DNA from: Planctomycetota bacterium
GTDB taxonomy: Bacteria; Planctomycetota; UBA1135; UBA2386
Direction of reading: 5' to 3'
Assembly (NCBI GenBank): GCA_965223545.1
Contig: OZ245006.1
Coordinates: forward strand, 6,464,001-6,528,000
Length of the DNA stretch: 64,000 bases
The notes below the pieces were generated by a model. The model saw nothing but the letters and a program-made list of their open reading frames with translations, did not search any database and was not told where the DNA came from. Numbering within the stretch: the stretch's first letter is position 1; the number at the start of each line of letters is the position of its first letter. A program made the position numbers and the translations under genes. Below, piece after piece: positions 30,697 to 41,500 of the stretch.

Positions 30697-33600
30697 ATGC
30701 AAGATCTGGCCGAGGAACTGTACCACCAACTCCCACCGGGCCCTCCCGACGTGCGCGCCGCAGCGCTGGCGGAGTTGCTCGCTGCGCATCCCGACTGCGC
30801 CGATCGGCTGGCCGAACTCGAGCAGCAACGCGAGCGGGCGGCCGCCTTGATCGCGCGGCTCGGTGGTCCGTCGCTCGAGGTCTTGGCGGTCGAGGACGAT
30901 GTGGGTTGGCGCAGCGAGGAGCGTCGCACGTTGGAGGCGTTGGTCGAGGAGATCCGCGTGCCGCGCACCCCGGAGTCGCTGCTCACGATCGGCCGCGTTG
31001 CGCGTGGTGGCATGAGCGTGGTCGACAAGGTGTGGGACTCGCGGCTACGGCGCGTGCTCGCGCGCAAGCTGCTGCCGCTGCCGGTCGACGCCCCCGATGC
31101 CAACCGCCGGGACCGCCGGCGACTGAGTCGGTTTCTCGATGAGGCGCAGATCGCGAGCCAGCTGCAGCACCCCTCCATTCTGTCCGTGCACGACATCGGC
31201 ATCGATGCGCGAGGGCGCCCCTACATCAGGATGCCGTTGGTGGCTGGCGAACACTTCGGTCAGATCGTCCGCCGAGTGCACGATGCGGCCGACGAGGCGT
31301 GGACGCAACCGCGCGCAATCGGCGTGCTGCTGCGGGTGTGCGAAGCGATGGCATACGCGCACAGCAAGGGGGTCGTGCACCGCGATCTGAAGCCGCACAA
31401 CGTGATGGTGGGGCGTTTTGGCGAGACGTTGGTGATGGACTGGGGGCTCGCCAAGGTGTTGGACCGCGAGGAGGAGGACGGGGTCGTGATGCGCAGCGCC
31501 ACCGTCGAGGTGCTGCGGCCACAAGACGAGGAACTGCGCACGTTGGACGGCGACGTCATCGGCACGCCCGTGTACATGGCACCCGAGCAAGCGCGCGGGC
31601 AGATCGATGCGCAGGGCGTCGGGGTCGACCTGTACGCGATCGGGGCAATGCTCTACGAGTTGTGCGCGGGACAGCCGCCGTACGGGGAAGAGCAATCGGG
31701 ATCGACGCCACGGGAGGTGCTGGCCACGGTGCGCAGTCGCTCGCCACGGCCACTGCATCGAGCTGCGCCCGCGACCCCCCCGGAGCTCGTCGCGGTCTGC
31801 AGCAAGGCGATGGCTCCAAGTCCCGAGCAGCGCTATCCGAGTGTCGCAGCTCTCGGACGAGACCTGCAGGCCTACCTGGACCAGCGGGTTGTCCTCGCCT
31901 ACCGCACCGGCGCGTGGGCCGAGGCCGTGAAGTGGGTTCGGCGCAACCGAGCGGTCGCTGTCGTGGCAGGGGTTGCGTTCGTGTTGTTGGCCTTGGCCGC
32001 GGCTTGGGTCATGCAACAGCGCATCGCGATTCGCCAGATGTACGCAGCCGTCCAGTGGCGGGACTACGTCGGTACTCTCGGAGCCGCGGCGGGACTCTTG
32101 CGAGATGAGGCGCCGGGGGCGGCGCAGCTGTTGGATGGAGTGGAGCCGTCACTGAGAGGTTGGGAGTGGCGCATGCTGCGCCACTTGGCGGACCCGAGTG
32201 AGTGGACCGCCGAAGTGTCCATCCTGCAGCCATTCGGGGATCGCGTGTACTGCGCCGGCGACTTGCACTTCGAAGTCCTGGACGCGGAGACCGGGCGGCA
32301 TTTGCCGTCGCCGTTTGGCCAAACGCCCGTCGGGGGGCTCGCTGTTTCGCCGGATCAGCGGCGTGCCGTCACGGTTTCGGGCGTCGCTGGGTTGAGTCTC
32401 ACCGAGTTGTTATTCTGGGATCTTGCGCGTTCGGAAACGGTGCGGCGCTTGCCGGGTCGACGGGTCAACCCCCTGTGCTTTAGCCCGGACGGTGAGCATT
32501 TCTTGGTCGCCGAGTATGTGGCTGATCAAGAGCACGAACTGCGAACGATCCGGTGGGACTCCGGAGAGGTAGTTGGCTCGCTACCGGCGAGGAACGGCAG
32601 AGCCTGGTTCATTTATGCCAGCCAGCTTTCTTTGATTGGCAGCGCCGCTATCAATGGCCTCGATTTTGCCTTAGTCGATCTGAAGGATTTTCGATTGATC
32701 ACCACTTTACCCAATGCTTCCAGTGGTGGCTTGACCAGACCGTCGATCTCGGCAGATGGAAGTCGTGTAACGTCCGGAACCTGGCATACAGCCGGACATG
32801 TCGTCTATGACGTCGGACGCCGCGCGCCTATCGCATCGATCGGAGCCGCGGAGCGCCGGGAGCACTACATGAGCGGGGGGGCAATCAGCCCCGATGGCCG
32901 GCTGCTCGCACGGAACCACCATGTCAACATCGAAGTGTGGGACCTTGAGAACAATCGACGCATGGGAGTCCTGCGGGGGCATTCTCAGCCCCCGAAACAC
33001 CTGTTTTTTCCGGCCGCGGACACGCTGTACAGCAACGCTGACGGGCGCTCGAAGAAGTGGCGCATCCCCGACGCAATGTCGCCGACGGTGCTCACGGCTG
33101 GCTCCAGCTTCATCACCGCGTTGGCGTTCTCTCCCGACGCGAAGACTCTATACACGGCCTGCATGCACGGTGACCCCGCGATCCTGGCCTGGGATCTCCG
33201 CTCGCATTCCGTGTCCAGAGCGTTTCCGGGTACCAGCGCCGAGCGATACCGAATCGACTTGGAGGCGTCGGGTGAGACACTGCTCGCCTGCGGGAAGTCG
33301 CAGTGGGTGGAGAGGATCGACCTGCAGTCCGGCGAGATCGCGGGCGATCACCGGCCGAGTGACAACGGAACCACTTGGGCGGCCGCGTTGCCGCGGTCCG
33401 GCGGCTTCGTTATTAGCCAATGGTCGCAGTGGGGGCCGGGTTCCAAGGTTCAGCTGCTGACTGCGAGTGGGGGCGTAGCTTGGCGGCGCGAGTTTGGTGG
33501 CCAAGTTTCGCAGCTCTGTGTGGCGGACGATGAGTCGTGGATCGCCGTGGGGTTCAACGATGGAAGTATCCAGCTGCTGGCTGTGGATGGGGACCCCGTA

Positions 33601-33975
33601 GGACTCTTGCAGAGCGCTCTCGAGCCGGTTCGTTCCCTCAGCGGATCCCGTGACGCCAGGCAGCTCGTCAGTGTTGGCCGAACGACGGCACGAGTATGGG
33701 ACGTGGCGCGTCGCAGTCTCACCGCCGAGTTCGACGTCGGCAGCACCGGTACGACGGTCCGCCAGTGCGTGTTCGATCCGACCGGAACGCGGGTGGTTGC
33801 GGGAGAACAAAACGCGCTCGTGTTCTATCTCGCTCGAACTGGTGAGCGGTTGCTCGGTTGGCAGCTCCCGGACTTCCCGACTGCAGTAGCCTTCTCCAAG
33901 GGCGGTGACACGCTTGCCGTGGGCACGCGGGAGGGGCGAGTCTACGTCTTCTCCAGTGTTCGTCCAAAACGCTGA
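30697..33975 (+). CDS. Ser/Thr protein kinase with a transmembrane helix and C-terminal WD40 repeats
   Basis: 'ARGGMSVV', 'HRDLKPHN', 'DWG', 'GTPVYMAPEQ'; WD40 'LAFSPD', 'LRGH', 'VWD'. Start inferred at ATG 30697. Confidence 0.9.
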   Translation: MQDLAEELYHQLPPGPPDVRAAALAELLAAHPDCADRLAELEQQRERAAALIARLGGPSLEVLAVEDDVGWRSEERRTLEALVEEIRVPRTPESLLTIGRVARGGMSVVDKVWDSRLRRVLARKLLPLPVDAPDANRRDRRRLSRFLDEAQIASQLQHPSILSVHDIGIDARGRPYIRMPLVAGEHFGQIVRRVHDAADEAWTQPRAIGVLLRVCEAMAYAHSKGVVHRDLKPHNVMVGRFGETLVMDWGLAKVLDREEEDGVVMRSATVEVLRPQDEELRTLDGDVIGTPVYMAPEQARGQIDAQGVGVDLYAIGAMLYELCAGQPPYGEEQSGSTPREVLATVRSRSPRPLHRAAPATPPELVAVCSKAMAPSPEQRYPSVAALGRDLQAYLDQRVVLAYRTGAWAEAVKWVRRNRAVAVVAGVAFVLLALAAAWVMQQRIAIRQMYAAVQWRDYVGTLGAAAGLLRDEAPGAAQLLDGVEPSLRGWEWRMLRHLADPSEWTAEVSILQPFGDRVYCAGDLHFEVLDAETGRHLPSPFGQTPVGGLAVSPDQRRAVTVSGVAGLSLTELLFWDLARSETVRRLPGRRVNPLCFSPDGEHFLVAEYVADQEHELRTIRWDSGEVVGSLPARNGRAWFIYASQLSLIGSAAINGLDFALVDLKDFRLITTLPNASSGGLTRPSISADGSRVTSGTWHTAGHVVYDVGRRAPIASIGAAERREHYMSGGAISPDGRLLARNHHVNIEVWDLENNRRMGVLRGHSQPPKHLFFPAADTLYSNADGRSKKWRIPDAMSPTVLTAGSSFITALAFSPDAKTLYTACMHGDPAILAWDLRSHSVSRAFPGTSAERYRIDLEASGETLLACGKSQWVERIDLQSGEIAGDHRPSDNGTTWAAALPRSGGFVISQWSQWGPGSKVQLLTASGGVAWRREFGGQVSQLCVADDESWIAVGFNDGSIQLLAVDGDPVGLLQSALEPVRSLSGSRDARQLVSVGRTTARVWDVARRSLTAEFDVGSTGTTVRQCVFDPTGTRVVAGEQNALVFYLARTGERLLGWQLPDFPTAVAFSKGGDTLAVGTREGRVYVFSSVRPKR

Positions 33976-34040
33976 CTCGTTGGGCGAGCGAGGCGGCCCG
34001 CTGCACCGCCGTGCGGCTCGCCGACCTACCGCGGCGAGAC

Positions 34041-34616
34041 CTACCAGTCCTGCCGCGATGCGCCGAGCAGGGCTCCGAGTTTGGTGATCGCTCGGCTGTG
34101 TAGGATTTGCACCGCGTTCTCCGTCCGCCCCATTTGTAGGGCGATCTCGGTGAACCTCTGGCACTCGAACTGGCGTAGCTCCAGCACGTGCTGGTAGTCC
34201 CGCGGGAGCTCTTCGATCGCTGCGGCGAGGCGGTGCATGTCCTCGGCCACAACGGCTGCGCGGTCCGGAGTGTCCGCGGAGTCGTGCAAGATCTGCGAGA
34301 GCTGTGAGACCGCTTGTTCGCGGTCGCGGCGGAGCTCGTCGTGGATGTTGTGGCGTGCAATTTCGGTCAACCAGGCCAGGAAGCCCGGGTGGGTCCGCGC
34401 CCTGCACCGGTCAATATCGCGCGCCGCTTCGAGGATTGTCTGTTGCAGAAAGTCCTCGGACTCGGCGACACGGCGAGCCGCGGGTCCCATGAGCAGGCGG
34501 ATCCGTCGGAGCAGCTGCGAACGGTGGTGTTCGACCAATCGGTACAAGCTGTTGGCATCTCCGCGGGTGGCACGGTTCAGAAGCTCGATCGTAGCGGTTA
34601 GGTCGGCGTCGCGCAT
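34041..34616 (-). CDS. ECF-type RNA polymerase sigma-70 factor
   Basis: 'ATRGDANS', 'EDFLQQT', 'FLAWLTEIARH', 'LPRDYQHVLELR...FTEIALQMGRT'. Confidence 0.88.
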   Translation of the reverse strand: MRDADLTATIELLNRATRGDANSLYRLVEHHRSQLLRRIRLLMGPAARRVAESEDFLQQTILEAARDIDRCRARTHPGFLAWLTEIARHNIHDELRRDREQAVSQLSQILHDSADTPDRAAVVAEDMHRLAAAIEELPRDYQHVLELRQFECQRFTEIALQMGRTENAVQILHSRAITKLGALLGASRQDW

Positions 34617-34782
34617 GGGCACGAAACGGAGCAGGAGATGCACTCTAAGCCATTGTCGTTCCGTTCACGAACGCGACATCGACCGTCAGTTGCGCCCGGA
34701 ACGACAGAGGTCCGTGCGTTTTGTGCGGAGAGCCGAAAACAACGCAGGGTTGATACGCTTTTTTGCAACGGGAATCCGCGGC

Positions 34783-35118
34783 TCAATCGATTCGTGCGCG
34801 GCCGGGTCGTTCATCATCTCCGCTGGCCGTGGCACGTCGCACGGGGCCGTCGAGGAGTGCCTGGTAGGCGATGTTGCAGCGACTGATGGTCTTGCCGGCG
34901 CCATTGGGGCTGGCGTTCTCGGGCTCGTCGAGGAAGCCCAGCCGCAGCACGTTTCCACGAGGTCGCGTTTCGACCTGCTTGGGCCAGTCCCAATCGAAGT
35001 CGGCGATCGGCTTGAAGCGCCCGAGCTTGGCGTTGCGGATACGGCGCTCGAGGATGCCGCTCTGGCGCTCGTCGTCCGCGGTCACGAGCAGCTCGTGCAC
35101 CCAGGCCTCGCGTGCCAT
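34783..35118 (-). mobile_element. istB: IS21-family IstB ATPase remnant (degraded, no istA)
   Basis: 'LERRIRNAKLGRFKPIADFDWDWPK', damaged Walker A 'PNGAGKT', 'NIAYQAL'. Confidence 0.8.
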
Positions 35119-35121
35119 GGT

Positions 35122-37773
35122 CTACTCCGCCCGAGACACCTTGCGGCTCACGCGAACCCCGACCGTTGGATCTCGTCGTCCCGGCGCGAGCGGCAACCGC
35201 CAGTACACGACCGCGCGGCCCTCCGTGACCATGTAGCAGCCGCCGCGGAGGACGCGTGACTGTGTGTTGCCGGCGCGGAGCACGGCATCGGTGGGCACCC
35301 GCAAGCCATCACCCGCGCGCAGCGGGTAGCCGTCGCGGGGCAGCCATTGATCCAGCGTGAGCTCGCGCACGTTGCCGTGCACGTCATAGAGACCAAAAGC
35401 GTTGAATCGCGGGAGCGAGCCGACGGGGCTGTGCAGGGCCCAGCCGTCGGTGAACTTGGCGACGGATCCCTTGCCTGGAACCCCGGCATCGGCGGCGCTT
35501 TGGTCGTAGAGGTTCTCCGCGTCGCCGGGGTCTTCACCCGTCCAAAACGCGGTCGTGGTTCCGGCGCGCGCCGCATACTCCCACTGCGCGGCGGTCGGCG
35601 CTGTGAGCTCGTAGCGCGCCAACAGCCGGTCGCAGGATTCGAACGAGAAGTTCTCAACCGGGTGCCGGTTGTTGGAGAGCGTATAGTGGTTCTGTGGCGT
35701 GTAGTAGCTCGGCTCATCACCGTTCGACAGGCGGAGCCATTGGCCGCGGGTCAGCTCGTGGCGGGCGACGAAGAACGGCGCGAGCTCGACCGATTGCACT
35801 GGAGTCATACCGCTGGCGGCTCCGGCCTTCGAGTAGTAGGGCCGTTCGGGATCTTCGCTCTGGCAGCCGACGTGAGCGAGTCCGCCCGGGACCAGGACGA
35901 ACACGATTCCCATGTCGGCCTCGACCCTGATCGAGCCATCGGCTTCGATGACGGGCAACTGCTCGCGGTTCTCGGCCGATAGCAGGTGGTAGAATTCCCA
36001 GAGTCGGGTCGCAGGATTCTCGCCAAGTGGCACCAAGCCGACCTGTGGCTCCAGGTCGACGCGGCCGGCGCCGTAACGCTCCGAGCGTAGGATTGCACCT
36101 CGGGCTTCGCGCCACCGTTCGGCGTGCCGCGTGATGCTGAGCTCTTCGATTGCGCGCGCGTCGGCGAGACGCGCGCGCAGGTCGGGAAGCGTCCTCGTGT
36201 GCGCCGCCTGGAAGCGGGCGTCGAGCGGGGTCGTGATCTCGAGCAGCCGTTCGACGGTACCGCCTTCGATGTACTGGGGAGGTGCATCGCGCAAGCGCGC
36301 TGCGACCGCGTTTGCGTTCGTCTGTCGTTCGTCGAGCGCGTGGGCTCTGGTGAGCAGCTGCTCCATCGCCCCAACCATCGTTGAGCGAACAGGGCCCAGC
36401 GCCTCTGCGTCTCGCTCGAGCTGTGTGAGGAAGGAGTCGGTGCCCAGCGTCGCTTCGAGGATGAAGCGGGCGTCCGCGGCCTCTCGGCGATCGCGTTCGG
36501 TGGTCAACCACCGGTGGAGCGCGGCTCCAAACCCGGCGATCGCGATGACCAAGCCCACGCCGAGCGCCGCGATCACCGGGTTGCGTTGGGTCCAACGCCG
36601 CAGCTCTGCCCACGCGCCGCTCTCGAAGCTGCGTACGACTCGACCGTCCAGCCATGCCTCCAGCTCGGCGCGGAACTCGGTGACCGACTCGTAGCGCTGC
36701 GCCGGGTCGCGGGCCATCGCGCGTTCGCAGATCGCGACGAGCGGTGCTGGTGCGTGCTCGTCCATGGCGCCAAGTCGCGTCGGTGGCTGCGAGCGGACGA
36801 GCGTCACGAGCGCCTCCATGTCCGTGCTGCGAGCGTCGTCGGAGTACGGGGCGCTTCGCGAGAGGGTGTGGTACAGCGTGGCGCCGAGAGCGTAGACATC
36901 GCTGCGCTCGTCCGCGGCGCGGCCGGCCGCCTGTTCCGGAGCCATGTACGCGGGTGTTCCGATGACTCGGCCATCGCCGGTCACCAACGACCCGTCCGCG
37001 GCGACTTCCAGGGTGAGCGGTTGTTGATCCTCTGTGGGTTCTCCGAGCAGCGAGCAAAGGCCCCAGTCGACAAGGCGCGCCTCGCCGTGCTCGCCGACCA
37101 TGATGTTGTCGGGTTTGATATCGCGGTGGACGACACCGCGACTGTGTGCGTACTCGACGGCGCTACAAACCGCCGCCAAGACTCGAATCCGGCGGGGGAG
37201 CGGCCACCCGCCCTCGAGGTCTCGATCTGCAATACAGTCGGTCAGCGTAGTGCCGGCGACAAGCGGCATCGTGAAGTACAACCGGTCGTCCGAGTCCAGG
37301 CCGATCTCGTGCACCGGCAGGATCGCTGGGTGGTCGAGTTTGCCGAGGACTTGTGCCTCCTCAGCGATCAGCCGCTGGCGCAAGTCGATCGAGCTGCTCG
37401 ACCCACCGCCGTGTGCGGCCTTGAGCGCGATCGATCGATCGAGGTCGCGGTCCCACGCTTCGCGCACGACGCCCATGCCTCCGCGGGCGAGCGTGTGCAC
37501 GAGTCGGTAGCGATCACCGAACGCCCGGCGCCCTCGGAGTAGCGTTGCAAGCTGATCGCCGCCGCGCACCGCAGTTGCCGCAATCTTGCGATTGAGCAGT
37601 ACCGCGCGATTGGCATCGTAGTCGCGCCGCACCTGCTCCAGGTCTGTGGCGAGATCCGGTCGATCGCGCAAGAGCGCGGCGAACGCCTCGTCATCGATGC
37701 TCTCGCCGCGCCCCAGAAGGTTGAAAAAAAGCCGCTCGGCGGCCAACGAGTGAGTATCGTCGGAGTCCATCAT
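35122..37773 (-). CDS. Ser/Thr protein kinase with a C-terminal FGE-sulfatase (SUMF1) domain
   Basis: 'ARGGMGVV', 'IALK', 'HRDIKPDN', 'GTPAYMAPEQ'; 'PTAAQWEYAARAG', 'NAFGLYDVHGNVRE', 'RVLRGG'. Confidence 0.9.
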   Translation of the reverse strand: MMDSDDTHSLAAERLFFNLLGRGESIDDEAFAALLRDRPDLATDLEQVRRDYDANRAVLLNRKIAATAVRGGDQLATLLRGRRAFGDRYRLVHTLARGGMGVVREAWDRDLDRSIALKAAHGGGSSSSIDLRQRLIAEEAQVLGKLDHPAILPVHEIGLDSDDRLYFTMPLVAGTTLTDCIADRDLEGGWPLPRRIRVLAAVCSAVEYAHSRGVVHRDIKPDNIMVGEHGEARLVDWGLCSLLGEPTEDQQPLTLEVAADGSLVTGDGRVIGTPAYMAPEQAAGRAADERSDVYALGATLYHTLSRSAPYSDDARSTDMEALVTLVRSQPPTRLGAMDEHAPAPLVAICERAMARDPAQRYESVTEFRAELEAWLDGRVVRSFESGAWAELRRWTQRNPVIAALGVGLVIAIAGFGAALHRWLTTERDRREAADARFILEATLGTDSFLTQLERDAEALGPVRSTMVGAMEQLLTRAHALDERQTNANAVAARLRDAPPQYIEGGTVERLLEITTPLDARFQAAHTRTLPDLRARLADARAIEELSITRHAERWREARGAILRSERYGAGRVDLEPQVGLVPLGENPATRLWEFYHLLSAENREQLPVIEADGSIRVEADMGIVFVLVPGGLAHVGCQSEDPERPYYSKAGAASGMTPVQSVELAPFFVARHELTRGQWLRLSNGDEPSYYTPQNHYTLSNNRHPVENFSFESCDRLLARYELTAPTAAQWEYAARAGTTTAFWTGEDPGDAENLYDQSAADAGVPGKGSVAKFTDGWALHSPVGSLPRFNAFGLYDVHGNVRELTLDQWLPRDGYPLRAGDGLRVPTDAVLRAGNTQSRVLRGGCYMVTEGRAVVYWRLPLAPGRRDPTVGVRVSRKVSRAE

Positions 37774-37800
37774 GAGTTCTCGAGGAGCGACCAGCCAATT

Positions 37801-38376
37801 GTGGGCGACAATGCCGATCAGTGCGATCTGGCCAAGGTGATCCGGTGCGCGGAGGGGCGATGCGAGGCGGAGTCCTTGGATGCGCTGATCGCGACGTGTC
37901 GCCCGATGATAGCCGCGCACGTGAGCAATGCGTGTGGGCAGGAGTGGGATCCGGCGGATCTCGAGGACGTCGTTCAGGATGCTTCGGTGCGCTTGCTGCG
38001 AGCGTGGTCCGGGTTCGAGTTCTCCAGCGTGCCCAAGTTTCGTCGTTGGCTTGCGACGATTGCGCAGAACGCGGTCGTCGACGCGGGCCGTCGCCGGCGA
38101 AGTCGCCGTCTGCGCCAGCTCACCACAACAGTGTTGGGTCGGCAAGACGACGGCTCGCCGACCCCGTCTGCAAACGCGCACCTCACCGAGCAAGTCGCAG
38201 TCGTGGAGGCCGCGATGAATCGTCTTACCGAAGCGCACCGTGTCGTCATCGTCCTCCGCGATCTGGAGCGAATCCCGTTCGCCGAGGTCGGTGCCCGCAT
38301 CGGTCGGAGTGCAGACGCCGCGGAGAGTCTGTACCGCCGGGCGATCGCCGAACTGCGACGACGGGTCGGGAGTTGA
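37801..38376 (+). CDS. ECF-type RNA polymerase sigma-70 factor
   Basis: 'EDVVQD', 'FRRWLATIAQN', 'LTEAHRVVIVLRDLERIPFAEVG'; GTG start inferred behind GAGGAG. Confidence 0.88.
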   Translation: MGDNADQCDLAKVIRCAEGRCEAESLDALIATCRPMIAAHVSNACGQEWDPADLEDVVQDASVRLLRAWSGFEFSSVPKFRRWLATIAQNAVVDAGRRRRSRRLRQLTTTVLGRQDDGSPTPSANAHLTEQVAVVEAAMNRLTEAHRVVIVLRDLERIPFAEVGARIGRSADAAESLYRRAIAELRRRVGS

Positions 38377-38521
38377 GAGGTGGGAGCGTAGGCGCCTTGG
38401 TCGCGTCGTCACGGTTGTCGCCGACCCTTACGAGTCGAGCCGGGACGCCGTTGCGCGAGAGCAACTCGCGAGACGAGCTTGCCGTCCCGATCGGACGATC
38501 GCCCTCGGCGCCCGCTCGCGG

Positions 38522-41500
38522 CTACTGCCAAACGACGCCCAGCATGCTCGGGTCGGCGTAGAGTGCAGGCGGCACGGCCGGGGCACAGGCACCGGAGTCG
38601 TCGCCGGGCACCGGATCGGCCGGATACACCACCCCGCTGTTGGCCACCTGCACGCACGCGGTCAGTAGGTTGATGCCCACTGTGCCGCCACCACCCCAGG
38701 CATCCGCCATCACCATGGCGTCGGGCAGCAAGATCGCCACTTCGCCGCCAAACGAGCGGATCTCGTTGGTGCCCGCCTGCGCGTTGCCGATCGTCGTCAC
38801 GTCGACGACGGGCATGCGGAAGGCGAGCGGGCCAGGCACCGGCGTGCTGTTCATCGCACCACTGGCAAACAAGTGCACGTCACCCGCGGCCCACAGCCTG
38901 TTGATCGCATCCTGGTTGTCGTGGTTGACGTTGTCGAACGCGCGATCGATCGCGATGATCCGACCACCGAGCGAGCGCACGTCGATGACGGCGCCGCCGT
39001 GATTGCCTAGCATCTTCACCGCGACGGTCCCCGGGTTGGGGAACGCGAAGTGCTGGATGCTGTTGCCGACCACGGTGATGTCGCCCAGCGCCTGCATCTC
39101 GATGTGGCCCGGGTCGGTGATGTTGTCGCGGCCGGTGCGCACGACGACGCCCGTCGTGCTGATCCGCCGGCCCTGCACGGCGACGCGTCGAAGCGCGGTG
39201 CCGAAGACCGTGATCGCGCCGTCGAACGCCACGAGCCGGATCGTCGGCGCCGGTGCCGCGCGGTAGACCGCCTCGACCAGGCCGCCGATGTCGATGTCGC
39301 CACCGAATCCGGCAGACGCATCGCCGCCGGTCAGCAAGTGGATGTCACCGCCGGAGTTGGAACGCACCAACGCGCTGGCGCTCAAGGCCAGGTCACCGCA
39401 GCGCGACGCGATCACAATCCGCCCCGAGACGCCACTGGACGCCTGTGCGCGGTTGAGGATCACGCCGTCGATCGCGATGTCGCCATCTGCGATGATCGAC
39501 AGTGCACCGGCCTGCGCGTTGTGCGAGTAGACGTCCACGGCCGCGCTCTCATCGACGAACACCGTGCACGCCGACCGTAGCTCGATGCCGGGAGCGGGCC
39601 GATTCTTGCCCTTGTTCGGCACGGTGCCGGTGGTCACTGTTGCACCATCCACGATCTCGAGCCGCTTGCGCCCAGTGTCGATGATCAATCGCCAGGTGTC
39701 CGGAGTTGGACCGGAGGTGTCGAAAGAAACGTAGGGGGCCAGCGCCGGGTCACCCTGCCAGGTTGGTGGTGCCGTGTTGAAGTCCGCGCTCACATCGGTG
39801 TCGATGCGCACGACGTCCCCGTCGCAGTCGGGGCACGCGTTCAGGACGGTCAGCACGGCGTCATCGCTGGTTACGGACCCCGCCGCGTTGCTCACCTTGA
39901 CGTTGTAACGGCCCGCATCGGCGGGTGACGCCGAGGCCAGCGCGAGCACGCTTTGCGTCTCGCCCGCGATCACCGCGCCGTCCTTGCACCACTGGTAGCT
40001 CAGGCCGACGCCAGTCGCGGTCACCGAGAAGCTCACTGCCGTGCCCGCCGACACCGTTTGGCTCTGCGGATGGTTGGTGATCACCGGGAGCGCCGGCACC
40101 GCCGTCACCACCGCCGGGGCCATCACCGATTCGCCGGTTGGGCTGGTCACGGTCAGCACGTAGAGTGTGCTGGCATCCGGTGGCGGCGTCACGGTGACTG
40201 GTACTTCGCTCGTCACCGCAATCGCCCCCGGGTTGATCAGTCCCGTGCCGCCCGAGAACCGCGCAGTCAACTGGCTGGTCTGGCCGTTGACCACGATCGT
40301 CGGCGACGCGACAAAGCTCTCGATGCTTGGCGGCGGAACCGCCTGCACGATCGCCGTCGCCTGTACCGAGTCGCCTGCGGGATTGGTTACCGTGAGCGTG
40401 TAGGTGGTGACGACGTCGTCCGGCGGAGTCACCGTCAGTGGGGTGCCACTCGCGACCGAGAACGAGCTTACACCGTCCGTCACCTGACCATTGCCACCGG
40501 TGAAGGCGAACAACAGATCAACTACGCCGCCGTTGGTCACCAGCGGGGCCGAGGCCACGAAGCTCTGGATCTGCGGCAGCGGGTAGGAGGTGACCGTGAC
40601 GTCGGCCGACACGTTGTCGCCGAAGGCGTTGGTCACGGTCAGCGTGTAAGTCGTCGCCGTGTTGGGCGGTGGCGAGACCACAGTTTGGCCTTGGCCCACC
40701 GGGCCGACGCCCTGGTCAATGTCACCGTTGCCACCCGTGAACGAGTGCGTCAATGTGGCCGAGTCGCCATCGGAGATGACCGTGCGCGAGATCGCAAAGT
40801 TGGTGATCGCAGGGGCTGCAGCGACCGTGATCATGCCCGCGGTGGTCGCGGTGTCGGAGCCGCCGGGGCCGGTGACGGTCAGCGAGACGGTGTAGGTGCC
40901 GGCTGTGGTGTAGGTGTGGGTTGGGCTCTGCGCGGCCGAGGTTGCGCCGTCGCCGAAGTCCCATGCCCAGGTCGTGATCGCGCCGGTCGACTGATCGGTG
41001 AACGTCACATTCAACGGGGCAGTGCCCGAGGTCGGGTTGCTGGCAAACGCAGCCACTGGCGCCGGCTCGGTGACGGTGACGAGACCCGCGGTGGTCGCGG
41101 TGTCGGAGCCGCCGGGGCCGGTGACGGTCAGCGAGACGGTGTAGGTGCCGGCTGTGGTGTAGGTGTGGGTTGGGCTCTGCGCGGCCGAGGTTGCGCCGTC
41201 GCCGAAGTCCCATGCCCAGGTCGTGATCGCGCCGGTCGACTGATCGGTGAACGTCACGTTCAACGGGGCAGTGCCCGAGGTCGGGTTGCTGGCAAACGCA
41301 GCCACTGGCGCCGGCTCGGTGACGGTGACGAGACCCGCGGTGGTCGCGGTGTCGGAGCCGCCGGGGCCGGTGACGGTCAGCGAGACGGTGTAGGTCCCGG
41401 CTGTGGTGTAGGTGTGGGTGGGGCTCTGCGCGGCCGAGGTTGCGCCGTCGCCGAAGTCCCATGCCCAGGTCGTGATCGCGCCGGTCGACTGATCGGTGAA

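Noticed and set aside
35122..35420. FGE-sulfatase C-terminus as a diversity-generating retroelement target
   Set aside because: No template repeat or reverse transcriptase was seen in the window.
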